Assembly (NCBI GenBank): GCA_030390025.1
Contig: CM059430.1
Location: 72,664,001-72,728,000, forward strand
DNA length: 64,000 nucleotides
Reading direction: 5' to 3'
From: Squalus acanthias
Taxonomy: Eukaryota
The notes beneath the pieces are model-generated. The model was not told where the DNA came from. It did no database searches and worked only from the letters and a program-made list of their open reading frames with translations. A program made the position numbers and the translations under genes. How positions within the stretch are numbered: the first letter of the stretch is position 1; each line of letters begins with the position of its first letter. This document shows positions 25,376 to 38,439 of this stretch, in pieces.

Positions 25376-25699
25376 TAATAAAAACAGACAATGCTGGAAA
25401 TACTCAGCAGGTCAGGCAGCATCTGTGGAGAGAGAAACAGAGTTAAAGTTTCAGATCGATGACCCTTCGTCAGAACTGGAAAAAGTTGTAGATGGAACAG
25501 GTTTTTTAGCAAGTTTAGGCGCAGGGAGAGGGGAGAGTGGAGGAAAGAACAAAAGGGAAGGTCTGTGATAGGATGGAAGGCATGAGCGATTAGGAGAAAA
25601 AAGGGACGATGGTACAAGGCAAAATGAGATGGTAATGGGACATGTTAAGAAACAAAAGATGAGTCTAGATGAAGTGTAAATGACAATGGCAGAATGATC
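25376..25699 (-). mobile_element. Penelope-type short insertion with hammerhead motif, inside the CR1 APE region
   Basis: Perfect 14-bp TSD GACATCATATTCCC at 25362-25375 and 25700-25713. Confidence 0.85.
25441..25477 (-). ncRNA. Minimal type I hammerhead ribozyme motif
   Basis: Minus strand reads AGUU-CUGACGA-A-GGGUC-AUC-GAUCU-GAAAC-UUU-AACU. Core boxes are intact and stems I and II pair; one substitution in stem III (family form GAAACGUU). Confidence 0.65.
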
Positions 25700-27402
25700 G
25701 ACATCATATTCCCATGTGGCTATTTGCGCTTGCAGCTCACCAACCTTATTTACCACGCATCGTACATTTACACATATGCACTATAAACCTGTCTTAGATC
25801 TTCTTGTATTCTCGCTTAATCTGACCTCACCTAATATCTTACTATTTCTTACTGCAGTACCATCTGCCTCTCCCAATCCCTTGGTCACTTTATTTCTCCT
25901 TCCTAATGCTACATCCTGGTGCCCATCCCCCTGCCAAATTAGTTTACACCCTCCCAAACAGTACGAACAAACCCCCCTGCCAGATCATTGGTTCCGGCCC
26001 TGTTGAGGTGCAACCCATTCGACCTGTACAGGTCCCACCTTCCCCAGAACCGGTCCCAATCTCCCAGGAATCTGAAGCCCTCCCTCGTGCACCAACTCTC
26101 CAGCCACGCATGTATCTGCTCTATCCTCCTATTTCTATACTCACTAGCTTGTGGGACAGGGAAAAATCCAGAGATTACTACCTTTGAGGTTTTGATTTTT
26201 AATCTCTTTCCTAGCTCCCTGAAATCTGCCTGCATGATCTCATCCCTTTTCTACCAATCTCATTGGTACCAGTATGGGCCAGGATCCCTGGCTGTTCAGT
26301 CTGCCCCCTCATATTGCTCTGCAGCTGCTCCGTGACATCGTTGTCCCTGGCACCAGGGAGGCAACATACCATCCTGGAATCACGTCTGCGGGCGCAGAAT
26401 CGCCTGTCTGTTCGCTTATCTATCGAGTCCCCTAACACTGTTGCCTTCCCGATCTTCCTCCTCCCCACTATACAGCTGAGCCTCCCGTGATGCTGTGGAC
26501 TTGGCTCTGGTTGTACCCCCGAGAGGAAGCATCGCCCTCACGTGTATGGAGAGCGAGATGCACTCAGGGGAGTCCTACACTACCTGTCTGATCCTCCTTG
26601 TCTGTCTGACGGTCACCCATTCCCTCTTCGCCTGCACACTCTTGTGCTGCGGGGTGTCCACCTCCTGAAACGTGCTATCCATGTAGCACTAAGCCTCACG
26701 GATGCATCGTAATGACGCCAGCTGCAGCTCAAGCTCTGAAACCCAGAGCTCGAGCTCCTCCAACCGACGATACTTCCTGCACATGTGGTTGTCCGGGACA
26801 CAGAAAGTGTCCTGGATTTCCCACATGACACAGGATGTGCATTCCGTGGAACTGAGGTGCCCTGCACTGACTTCATTTATTCGACTATTAACAAAGTTAT
26901 AGAAATAAACTTAAGACTAAAGGGGAGAAATTCAGTACCTTAGCGACTCCAGTTAGCACCTGGTGTGGGCGCTAATGGGGCGCTGAGGCATTACTGCCGT
27001 GGTGAGGTAAATCCAGTGTCACACGCCAAATTCGCCCCCCCCCCCACCCTTAGCGCCGCCGCTATGAGTTAGTGCTGGGGGCTTCAGCACCAGGCAGATT
27101 GTGACATCAGCAATGCTCGCTGGCCTCCCGATCTGCCAAATTGAGGATCGTTCCCTGCCTTTCCATCTTGACCCGACAGTGACAACGAGAGTAGGCGTGA
27201 AGCAGTTGGTAGCCGGCTACAGGGGTTCTGCTTAAAGGGATCATGAGTAATGAGTTGCAGCTGTCAGGTTAGTGCTGTTTCACTGCTTCCTTGTTAGTTT
27301 CACATTGTGCAACAGTTTAAACCAATCATTTAAAGGTTGTTTAGTCTCTGGAGTGTTGTGGCTACTAAAAATTAGTTACACTTCTCCTCACAAACTATCA
27401 AA

Positions 27403-28568
27403 GTGCTACACTTCTTTACATTCATTGGGGCTCTACTGGCAGTCGACCTCGCCCTCCAGGATCTACTGTGGAGGGAGTGCAGGCAACGAGAAAGATTGGA
27501 ACTTGTGGCCAGAGGGAGGACGAGGGCCATCAGGGCTCTTAACAGGAGGCCTTACCCGCCGAGGGTCTTCCGACAGCAATTTTCCTACCTCCAATTAGGC
27601 CAGGAGCAGTGTCTTAGAAGGCTCTGCTTCAGCAAGGAGGTGGTCACAGAAATCTGCCACCTCCTGCAACCAGACCTCGAGCCTCAGATCAGTACGAGGA
27701 CGGCTCTGACAGTGGCAGTAAAGGTCACTGTCACCCTCAATTTCTTTGTCAGTGGTTCATTCCAGTCTGCAACAGGCGATTTAGGTCCCATCTCGCAGTT
27801 CGCCATCCATCCATTGCTGCATCTAGGAGGTCACAGAGGCTCTCAGCAGTAGGAGAAGGGACTACATTTCCTTCCCCATCACCAGAGAGAATGTGGCTTT
27901 GCCAGGATAGCGCAATTCCCCATGGTGCAGGGCGCCATTTACTGCACCCACGTGGCTTTGCGAGCACCACATAGCAATACTGACATCATCCCTATCCGCA
28001 AAGGCAACCACTCACTTTATATCCAGTTGATGTGCGACCACAGACAGCGAATCCTCAATGTGAATGCAACAGCCAAGATTCCTTCATACTGCGCCTGACA
28101 GGTGTTCCAGCACTGTTTCAGCCAGCATATCAAGCTCGCGGCTGGTTGGTCAGCGACATGGGCTATCCGCTCTCCACCTGGCTCATGACTCCCCTCCGCA
28201 ATCCCAACACTCCTGCACAGCACTCATATAATGAGAGCCATGCCGCCACCAGGAACTTCATTGATCAAGCCATCGGGGTGCTCAAGCAACGGTCCCTCCA
28301 GTACTCGTCTGAGCGGGTGTCCCATTTCGTCATTGTGTGTTGCATGCTCTACAATCTGGCCATCATGAGGGCACAACCCTTTCCAGCAGGGATTGCGGGA
28401 CTAACTCAGCAGAAGGAAGAGGGAGAGGAGGAGGAGGACGACGACGAGGAGGCAGGTGAAGACGAGGAGAAGGAGGAGGAGGAACGGGAGCGAGGGAGGT
28501 GGCAGCCACTCAATCGGCCTTCCGGAAGGGAGGTCCTTGACTGTCTCATCAGATTGCAGTTCCAGTAA
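27403..28568 (+). pseudogene. Harbinger (HARBI1-like) DDE transposase, frameshifted
   Basis: CLRRLCFSKEVVTEICHLL, VAVKVTVTLNFFVSGSFQ, GWLVSDMGYPLSTWLMTP, YNESHAATRNFIDQAIGVLKQR and CCMLYNL, followed by an acidic tail. Confidence 0.9.
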
Positions 28569-28723
28569 ATTCAACCAGATCCGCATCATTCCATCCCTGT
28601 CGCAGACCATATCACAACACACAGCTGAAATGAGAGAAAGTACAAAATTATCCGAAGTGAATTAATACATTTATCAATAATCAGTGAACACATATTAACC
28701 ACAGCAATATTTGCTATTCACAC

Positions 28724-29978
28724 TTTTTTTAATCGTCTGTGGACGTCTCTGGCAAGGCCAGCATTTATTGCCCATCTCTAATTGTCATTGAGAAGGTGGT
28801 GGTGAGCTACCTTCTTAAATAGCTGCAGCCTGTGTGGTGAAGGTACTCCCACAGTGCTGTTAGGTAGGGAGTTCCAGGAATTTGACCCAGCGACGATGAA
28901 GGATCGGCAATATATTTCTAAGTCAGGATGGTGTGTGACTTGCAGGGTAACTTGGAGGTGGTGGTGTTCCCATGCGCCTGCTGCCCTTGTCTTTCTAGAT
29001 GGAAGAGGTCGTGGGTTTGCGAGGTGCTGACGACGAAGCCTTGGCGAGTTGCTGCAGTGCATCTTGTAGATGTTGCATACTGCAGCCACGGTACGCCAGT
29101 GGTGGAGGGAGTGAATGTTTAAGGCGGTGGATGGGGCGCCAATCAAGTGGGCTGTTTTGTCCTGGATGGTGTCGAGCTTCTTGAGTGTTGTGGGAGTTGC
29201 ACTCATCCAGGCAAGGGGAGAGTATTCCATCACACTCTTTACTTGTGCCTTGTAGATGGTGGAAAGTCTTTGGGGAGTCAGGAGGTGACACACTCGCCGC
29301 AGAAAACCTAGCCTCTGACCTGCTCTTGCTGCCACGGTATTTATGTGGCTGGTCCAGTTAAGCTTCTGGTCAATGGTGACCCCCAGGATGGTGGGGGATT
29401 CGCCGATGGTAATGCCGTTGTATTCAAGGCGCGGTGGTTAGATTCTCGCTTGCTGAAGATAGTCATTGCCTGGCACTTCTGTGGCGCGAATATTACCTGC
29501 CACTTACCAGCCCAAGCCTGAAAATCGTCCAGGTCTTATTGCATGCGTGCATGGACTGCATCCTTTATTGTGCTGGAATACAATTCTGCTGCTGCTGATG
29601 GCCCACTGCGCTTCATGGATGCCCAGTTTTGAGCTGCTAGATCTGTTCTGAAACCAACCCATTTAGCACGGTGAAAGTGCCAAACAACATGATGGATGGT
29701 GTCGTCAGTGTGAAGACGAGACTTCCTCTCCACAATGACTGTGCGGTGGTCATTGCTACCAATACTGTCATGGACAGATGCATCTGCGACAGGTAGATTG
29801 GTGAGGAGGAGTTCACGTAGGTTTTTCCATCTTGTTGGTTCTCTCACCACATGTCACACGCCCAGACTGGCAGCTATGTCCTTCAGGACTCAGCCAGCTC
29901 GGTCAGTACTGGTGCTACCGAACCACTCTTGGTGATGGACATTGAAGTCCCCCACCCAGAGTACATTATGTGCCCTTG
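28724..29978 (-). mobile_element. Second LINE family copy with internal deletion, nested in the Harbinger element
   Basis: APE part (WVGDFNVHHQEW, GSNDH) is joined at about 29565 directly to the post-RT part; T-run at 28724. Confidence 0.9.
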
Positions 29979-30265
29979 AGGTCGTTAAATTTATTATTGC
30001 ACTGTGTGTGGGTCCTGGGGACCACAGTGCTGGCCGAGACCTGATGGGCAACCTCCCACCACATGGCGCAGAAGACTTGCGGCGAGGGCGTCCTTCCACT
30101 TGTTGGGTAGAGCACTGCCCTCCGTCGCTGCACAGCAGACACCAACTCCTCTAATGTTTGGTCAGAAAATCTGCGGGCTCTCTCCCTATGGCGTGGCTCT
30201 GCAGTCATGAAATCTGCTCGAGTCATCCAGCTCCTTGGGCTTGACCTGCTCCCACTTGCTGACAC
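29979..30265 (-). pseudogene. Harbinger Myb/SANT-like DNA-binding protein, N-terminal part
   Basis: RERARRFSDQTLEELV...WWEVAHQVSA...RTHTQCNNKFNDL; truncated by the LINE. Confidence 0.85.
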
Positions 30266-31897
30266 AGGTTCACAGGCTGCAATGCTGAGAATGAGGTCCT
30301 ACAGCATGAACGGACTTACCCTTTAAGAACTGGAAAGAGCCTGTGGCAATGATGAATGGCGAATAGACTGCACCTGATATTGGTTAGCGCTTTGATGTAA
30401 CACCACTGATCTAGGCCGTTAGCATTTGATTTAACACTCCCATCCTTTCCTTGAGCGATAATTTTGCATACAGCCACATTCATTAGCGCCTGGCGCTCAA
30501 TCTCAAACTTTCCAAAGTTAGTGCTCATTCCTGGGCGATAATGAATTTCTCGCCCTAAGATTCTTACAAGTCGGGCCTACCTTTATCTCCAGCCGCTTCT
30601 CTCGCTCTCGTAGTTAAAGTCTTTATTCACATCATTTTCTGTAGTCATATTAATTAGCTTATCTAGTTAAGTTAGACAGAATAAAACGCTAACACTTTTC
30701 CACCAATCACCTACCTGCAGTTCTGTGACGTAACTCCTTGCCTCTGCTGTTCTTTTGGAATTCGGCGGATTTTTATCCTCTGCCTCTTCCGGTGCTGCCG
30801 ACTCCTTTCAGGTCCCAATCACAGCGCTTGTCTGTCTCTCCAAGACCCATTCCGCTCATTGTCCCCGCATTGCTTCTCTATCATGCCACCACTGCTTATT
30901 ACCTCCAGTTGCTTGTTGGTTCCGCGCCCGCTCCCCTCACCCCCAATGCTGTCCGGTTCTGTGTCCACTGCTTGTGTGCCTGTCTGACTCTCCGTGCCCC
31001 CGACATTCAGGACACCAATTGGCTCTCTGCTGTTTGGGCTACTCATGGCCCTGGTCACCATCACTGTCCATTCCACCTTCGCCTCCGCCTGCAGTCCTCC
31101 CCTTTTTCTACCTCTCCTCCTCACTATTCTCCCCTTCCACCTCCGCCTACTGTCATCCTCTTCTCCTCCCCCTCTATCCCCTCCCTCCAACATTCTTTCC
31201 CTTCTCCTCCACCTTCATTGTTCCCCTCCCCTCTTGCTTTCCTTCTCACCCTCCTGTCCTCTTCTTCGCACTCTTGGTCCCTCTCAGGTCTTTTCACCCT
31301 TCCTCATCTCCTAACTCCCTCAGCCTGCTACTCCGCCAGCACCACACCAGGCTCTACCTTCCCTCCCGCTCTCGCATCTAACCCTTCCTTTACGTTCCTC
31401 CGGATTATTAATCCTACTTTACACCACTTACTCTTGCTCCACATCACCAGAAGGCTATATTTGGTCCTCACTGTCAGGAGCAGATTCGCACCTTCCTCTC
31501 TTGGACAGTAATGTGGCGAAGTGGCCATGGTCCTTATGGAACCTGGCCGATTTTAATGGCTTTGTATAACAACATTAGAAATGGATTAGTAATGATGTCA
31601 AATATTATTTAAAAAGGAACACAATGCATGGGGAAATATTGACGTTATGGCCCACACTAAAACAGGTGAAAGCGAATCGGCAGCCAGTTTTACATCTCTC
31701 CCGACTTTATTTCCATTGATGTAAATCAAAAATGATCTGCCTATTAACCACCACCTGTTTTACACTATTGCACAAAGTAAAAAAAAAACACTGTGACTTT
31801 CAAATGGTGAGAGCATTACATTTATGGTCCCTGATTGTATTAGTCCCGGCTCAAAACATTGATTCACCTGAAGACAACACTTGAGCGTCACTCCTTC

Positions 31898-32044
31898 GGG
31901 GTAATTTTGACATTGGGCAATGCTTTAAAACGGGCCATATCGATTGCGCCCGCCGTTATACACCTTTACGTTGGAAAGGAAAATCAGGAGAGATGGATAA
32001 TGGGCGCTGAATCTATATAGCTCGCCCAAAGTCAAAATTATCCC
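31898..32044. mobile_element. MITE (147 bp)
   Basis: 21-bp TIRs GGGGTAATTTTGACATTGGGC and reverse-complemented GGGATAATTTTGACTTTGGGC (19/21 match). Confidence 0.75.
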
Positions 32045-34427
32045 CACCCCCATTTATGTGCAACTGATGCTAATATATTATAATGATTTGCTTTGGAAGC
32101 AAATCCCAGATTTTACTGTTGGCGGTATGATCAGACAAAGGCTTATTAACTTCATGTCACATTGTTTGTAGTCTACATAGTGGAATTATGAACCCGTTCA
32201 AAATAAACTGGCTCCTTTAAAAAAGTGGATATCGGACAAACACTGCAATAGTAACGTGGAGATGCAGAACCGTTTACTGACAGAATAAGAGAGAAGATGA
32301 TACTATTTGTCTCGTAGATTACCAGAAGCCGCATGATTGTCATCCGACTTGTTTTCTGCACAGCTCACTGGGGTGCAATCTCTCATTTGAGGTAATGAAG
32401 AAAGCAAAAATATTACATAAACATAAAATCTACTCCAAAATGCACCAAATAAAAGCCCACAAATCAAATGTGCAATAAGAAAAGACCATCTGCTACACCA
32501 AATAAATACCCAACACCGGGTACAGTCCACCCAGATCCAAAACCCATTCACCAGATTCAATTAAATATTATTGTTTTGACAAGTGATATTTTTCATTCTC
32601 AATATCTGCAAGCAAATAATCTTGTCAAAACCCTGCTGGAACGAGTTGCGGTTTTTGACGAAAGATCAGCGCCAGAATATTGGGCTTTTACTCTCCCTAG
32701 GTTGAGTAGGCTGTGTTGCACGACGGGATTTGTTCAGACATCCTCTGTGGTTGAAATTCTTTGCTTGAAGCGTCAGTCACTGTTTGCCGAATGTTGCATT
32801 TTAAGTGTAAATGCTGAAATAAAGGTCGCCAATGCTAGTTAAACAGATAGTAGAATTTCCGTGGGAATCTTCCGAGCTCCGCCACAACATCAACGGAGAA
32901 TCTGAACGGCGGACCTGCGAGAGGCACAGAGTCGGCGAGAGGAACTCAACACAGGAGTGACGTCGGAATTCAGAAGTGACGTCGGCACAAGGGATGTGAT
33001 TGTTGAGTAGCTGGTGGGTATTTACTTTATGTGTTTTGTTAAGTTTTAAGTGTATTTCTGCTAAGTAGTTCATAGCCTATTAATTGGAGAGAGCAGGTTG
33101 GTGAGTAGCTGGTGAGTGCTTCTGTTAAGTTGTTAAGTTTATTTTTGTCATGTTGGTACATAGTATATTATATAGAGGCACTGCAGGGCAGCTCAGTCCC
33201 GTGAATTCCACATCCTGTGCCATGTGGGAAACCCTGGACGCCTCTTGTGGCCTGGACGACCACGTGTACGGAAAGTGTCGCCAGCTACAGCAGCTCGAGC
33301 TCTGGGTTTCGGAGGTTGAGCGGCAGCTGGAGTCACTGCAGTGCTTCCACGAAGCTGAGATTTACGTAGATAGCATTTTTCTGGAGGTGCTCACCCCACA
33401 GCTTAAGAGTGCGCAGGCAGAAAGGGAATGGGTGACCGCCAGACAGAAAAAAATGAGGGCCAGGCAGGTAGTGCAGGACTCCCCTGAGTCTCGTTCGCTA
33501 ACCAGTATTCAGTTCTGCATGCTGGTGAGGGCAATGGTTTCTCTGGGGAGTGCAGACAGAGCCAAGTCCACGGCACCATGGGTGGCTCAGCTGCACAGGT
33601 GGGGAGGAAGAAGAGTTGAAGAGCAATAGTGGTAGGGGATTCGAGAGTTAGGGGCATAGCCAGGCGTTTCTGCGGCTACAGACGTGACTCCAGGATGGTA
33701 TGTTTGCTCCCTGGTGCCCGGGTCATGGATGTCCCTGTATGCAGATTTTAAGGAGCTAGGAAAGAGATTAAAAAGCAAGAACTCAAAAGTAGTAATCTCC
33801 AGATTACTCCCGGTGCCACGTGCAAGTACAGAAAGAGGAGGATAGAGCAGATGAATGCGTGGCTGGAGAGATGGTGCAGGAGGGAGTGCTTTAGATTCCC
33901 GAGGCATTGGGATCGTTTCTAGGGGAGGTGGGACCTGTACAAGCCGGACGGTTTGCACCTCAACAGGAACAGACCGAATATACTCACGGCGGGCTTTGCT
34001 AGTGCAGTTGGGGAGGGTTTAAACTTGCTCGGCAGGGGGATGGGAACCTGAGCGTGGATTCTGAAGGGAGAGAAGCAAAGCCGGAAATGGAAGGTAGAAA
34101 ATTAGTAAGCGAGTTTGGTTGACAGAGGAAACAAATGCTCGAAAATAGTCAACCAGGAAGTTTGGCAGTGGTTAATGGTATATACTTCAACGCAAGGAAT
34201 AGAGAGAATAAAGAAGTTGAGCTGAGGGCACATATAGACACGTGGGAGTATAATATTATAGCTCTTAATGAGACATGGCTGAAAGAAGGGCAGGAATGGG
34301 AGCTCAACATTTCTGGTTACAGGGTTTTCAGACGAGATAGAGAGGGGCATAAAAAAGGAAGGGGGGTCGCAATATTGATTAAAGAATCAATTACAGCTGT
34401 GAGGAGGGGGATATCTTAGAAGGATCA

Positions 34428-34609
34428 GATTGTCCTTTTAATTCATCCTCCCACCCCCTTTCCCTGTCTCTGCACCGGCTTGAAACCTGTTACATCTCCA
34501 ACTTTTACCAATTCTGAAGAAAGGTCACAGACCTGAAATGTTGACTCTGTTTCTCTCTCCACGAATGCTGCCTGGCTTGCTGAGTGTTTCAAGCATTTTC
34601 TGTTATTAT
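34428..34609 (+). mobile_element. Penelope-type short insertion with hammerhead motif, inside the CR1 APE region
   Basis: Interrupts CR1 ORF2 with an ATCA duplication; homologous to the reverse complement of 25376-25560. Confidence 0.8.
34510..34546 (+). ncRNA. Minimal hammerhead ribozyme motif
   Basis: CUGAAGA-A-AGGUC-ACA-GACCU-GAAAUGUU. Both core boxes are present and stem II is perfect; stem I is imperfect. Confidence 0.6.
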
Positions 34610-37475
34610 ATCAAATGAGGCCATATGGGTTGAACTGAAAAACAAAAAAGGGGCAATCACACTGCTGGGAGTGTACTACAGACCTCCAAACAGTCAGAGG
34701 GAGATAGAAGAGTAAATATGTTATCAAATTTCTGAGTCGTGCAAAAATAGGGCAGTGATAGCAGAGGATTTCAACTTCCCTAATATTAACTGGGATAAAA
34801 TAAGTGTGAAAGGCAGAGAGGGAGCAGAATTAATAAAATGCATTCAGGAGTACTTTTTCAGCCAATACGTAAAAAGCCCAACAAGAGAGGGACCGGTTCT
34901 GGACCTAGTTTCAGGGAATGAAGCTGGGCAGGTGGAAAGGGTATCAGTGGGAGAGCATATTGTTCGTAGTGATCATAATTCAGTTAGAATCAGGGTAGTT
35001 ATGGAACAGGACAAGGATAGAACAGGAATAAAAGTTCTCAATTGGGGAAAAGCTAATTTTACTAAGCTGAGAAGTGATTTAGCCAAAGTGGACTGGAGAC
35101 AGAAACTTGAAGGTAAATCAGTGTCAGGGCAGTGCGAGGCATTCAAGGAGGAGATATTGAGGGTCAGAGCAAGTATGTTCCCTTAAAGAAAAACGGTGGG
35201 ACGAACAAATCTAAAGCTCCCTGGGTGTCAAGGGGCATACATGGTAGGATGAAGACAAAAAGGGAAGCTTATGACAGATACCGAGGACTCAATACTACGG
35301 AAACCTGTGAGGAGTACAGAAAGTGCAGTGGTGAAATTAAAATGGAAATTAGGAAAGCAAAGAGAGGGCATGATAAAATATTGGGAAGTAAAATCAAGGA
35401 AAACCCAAAGATGATGTATATATACATTAAGAGCAAGCGGATAACTGAAGTAAGAAAAGGGCCTATTAGGGACCATAAAGGTAACCTGCGTGTGGAAGCG
35501 GAAGACATTGGTATGGTTCTTATTGAATACTTTGCATCTGTTTTCACAAAGGAGAGGGACAATGCAGACATTGCCATCGGGAGTAGGAGGGTGAAATATT
35601 AGATGAAATAAACACAGTGAAAGAGTAAGTATTAAGTGGTTTAGCATCTTTGAAAGTTGTTAAATCCCCAGGACCGGATGAAATATATCCCAGACTGTTA
35701 AGAGAAGTAAGAGAGGAAATAGTAGAGGCTCTGACCATCATTTTCCAATTCTCTCTGGCTACAGGTGTGGTGCCAGAGGACTGGAGGACTGCTAACGTGG
35801 TACCGTTGTTTAAAAAGGGAGAAAGGGATACACCAAGTAATTACACGCCAGTCAGCTTAACATCAGTGGTGGTAAAATTATTGGAAAAATTCTGAGGCAC
35901 AGGATAAATCTTCATTTAGAAAGACACGGATTAATCAGGACAGTCAGCGTGGATTTGTTAAGGGAAGGTCGTGTCTGACTAACATGATTGGATTTTTTGA
36001 GGAGGTAACAAGGAGGATCGATGAGTCTAGTGTATTTGATGTAGTCTGTATTGAGTTGAGCAAAGCTTTTGATAAAGTCCCGCATGGCTGACTGGTCACG
36101 AAAGTAAAAGACCATGGGATCCAGGGCAAAGTGGCAAATTGGATCCAAAATTGTCTCAGAGACAGGAAACAAAGGGTAATGGTCGAAGGGTGTTTTTGTG
36201 ACTGGTAGGCTGTTTCCAGTGGGGTTCCGCAGAGCTCAGTACTGGGTCCTTTGCTTTTTGTGGTATATATCAATGGTTTGTACTTGAATGTAGGAAGTAT
36301 GATTAAGAAATTTGCAGATGATACAAGAATTGGCAGTGTGTTTGATAATGAAGAAGAAAGCTACAGACTGCAGGAAGATATCAATGGACCTTCAGGTGGA
36401 CAGAACAATGGCAAATGGAATTCAGTCTGGAGAAGTGTGAGGTAATGCATTTGGGGAGGTCTAACATGATAAGCGAATAAACTATAAATGGTAGAACACT
36501 GAGAAGTGCAGAAGAGCAGAGTGAACTTGGAGTGCATGTCCACAGATCCTTGAAGGTAGCAGGACAGATAGATAAGGTGGTTAAGAAGGCATACGGGTTA
36601 ATTGCCTTTATTAGACGAGGCATAGAATATAAGAGCAGGGAGGTTATGCTTGAACTGTATAAAACACTAGTTAGACTACAGATAGAATACTGCGTGCAGT
36701 TCTGGTCGCCACATTACAGGAAGGATGTGATTGCACTGGAGGGGGTGCAAATGAGATTTATGAGGATGCTTCCTGGGCTGGGAAATTTTAACTATGAGGA
36801 AACATTGGATAGGCTGGGGTTGTTTTCTTTGGAACAGAGGAGGCTGAGCGGAGACCTAATTGAGGTGTATAAAATTGAGAGGCCTAGATAGAGTGGATAG
36901 GAAGGAGCTATTTCCCTTAGCAGAAGGGTCAATAACCAGGGGGCACAGATTTAAAGTAATTGGTAGGAGGTTTAGAGGGGATTTGAGGAGACATTTGTTC
37001 AGCCACAGGGTGGTGGGGTTCTGGAACTCACTGCCTGAAAGGGTGGGAGAGACAGAGAGGCTCATCACATTTAAAAAGTACTTGGATATGCACTTGAAGT
37101 GCTGTAACCTACAAGGCTACGGACCAAGTGCTGGAAGTGGGATTAAGGTGGATAGCTCTTTGTCGGCCGGATAAGATGGACTGAATGGCCTCCTTCTGTG
37201 CTGTAAATTTCTATGATTCTATGATTCGGCGGAAACCCTGGAGATACAGTTGTTTTTAACCTTTAACGAGATTCTTTACGAGCCCGCCGAAGTTACAGCG
37301 GACAATAGGGAAAAGCCTTGTGGACATTCCAGCATTGTGATAATTCTCATGTACATGGATGTAAGTTACCTGTCATTTGATGTATTTATGGGGTTACATA
37401 TAATTACATAGAATTTACAGCACAGAAACCTGCCGATCGTCCCAACTGGTTTATGCCGGTGTTAATGCTCTACAT

Positions 37476-37591
37476 AAAGGTCATCAACTTGAAACGTTAA
37501 CTCTGTTTCTCTCTCCACAGATGTTGCCTGACCTGCTGAGCATTTCCAGCATTTTCTGTTTATATTTTAAGATTTTCAGCATCCGCAGTAT
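37476..37591 (+). mobile_element. 5'-truncated copy of the Penelope-type short element
   Basis: aaaggtcatcaacttGAAACGTTAACtctgtttctctctccacagatg...cagcatccgcagtat; abuts a CR1 3'-end fragment at about 37395-37475. Confidence 0.75.
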
Positions 37592-38439
37592 AGATTCCTG
37601 GGCTTGTTCTATCTGCCTTTTAAAATATAGGAATAACTAGCTGTCTTCAAGTCCGCTCACACTATACCCTCTCTTTAATCGTGTAAGATTCTTCTTCTTC
37701 TAAGTGAGTTCGTTTTAAATACTGGTCCGATTAAATATAATCCGGAATTTTCCCTTCAGCTATTCTGCTCAGGCCCCCACCGCTTGTTGGCCAATTCCCC
37801 AACCTGAACCGCGGGTGTGAAGCTTCCCCATATGCGCCCCAGTTCTCGGCATCGAACCGTTTGAACAGAAACGCTCTGCACCCAAACACATAGAAGGAAT
37901 TCTTGGCGGTACGCAGCCACCGCAAAGGTCTTTATAAGTTAGAAGAAAACAAAAAAACATTCTGTTGTTTGCATTAGAGGGATTGATATGCATCTTGGAC
38001 CTGATTGTAAAATTGAGCAAAGGATTGGACAGGCGGCATTTGGCATATTGCGTGCCCTTCTGAATAGCCCATGCTAAGAATTATATTAGAACCAGGGAAC
38101 GACAGGTGAAGATTCTGTTAGCGAAAGTTTAATCAAATGCGGCTGCTATTGATCTCTCTTTATATTAATGTAAATATATCCAGTAACGTTTCATTTGGAA
38201 CTGATTATGAATTAAAATGACTAATATTTTTAGTTTTTCATCCATTTGTATACTTGCAATAACTGATGCATTGTTATGGTGTCCACAAATCCAAACTGGG
38301 GAATGTACTTCAGGCCAAAAAAATGAAGATGCATTCTGTAAAGCAAAATTGTTAGCATTCTACAAAACTGGTGCAGTGCAGTTAATATACAAATAATTAT
38401 CTTTATAGCAGTTGAATTATCCCTGTGATAAGGACAGAT

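Larger units (their letters stand above)
26921..30555 (+). mobile_element. PIF/Harbinger DNA transposon with both ends, transposase (+) and Myb/SANT gene (-)
   Basis: TIRs AGGGGAGAAATTCA and reverse-complemented GGGCGAGAAATTCA (12/14 match). TAA TSD at 26918-26920 and 30556-30558. Confidence 0.92.
22647..30750 (-). mobile_element. Near full-length CR1 LINE (ORF1 Zn-finger/esterase + ORF2), 5' UTR interrupted by a Harbinger element
   Basis: ORF1 remnants VLGDSIDKRTDRRFC..VCCLPGAR, HTGTNEI and NGLHLN at 25939-26850. ORF2 remnants GDFKYPNIDW, LDLVLG, VYMDFQKAFDKVPH and LVRPQLENCVQFW. 5' UTR-like sequence resumes after 30558. Confidence 0.9.
32914..37226 (+). mobile_element. Full-length decayed CR1 LINE
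   Basis: ORF1 (SCAMWE..GKCRQL zinc finger/zipper, GDS esterase, DGLHLN) at about 33170-34030. ORF2 (YFNAR, ALNETWL, SPGPDEIYPRLL, KFADDT) at about 34135-37150. (TTCTATGA)n tail; candidate TSD CGGCGGA at 32907-32913 and 37227-37233. Confidence 0.93.

Noticed and set aside
30738-31511. 257-aa and 208-aa Pro/Ser/Leu-rich ORFs
   Set aside because: Pyrimidine-rich low-complexity sequence open in several frames with no recognisable domain; probably a remnant of an unidentified repeat.
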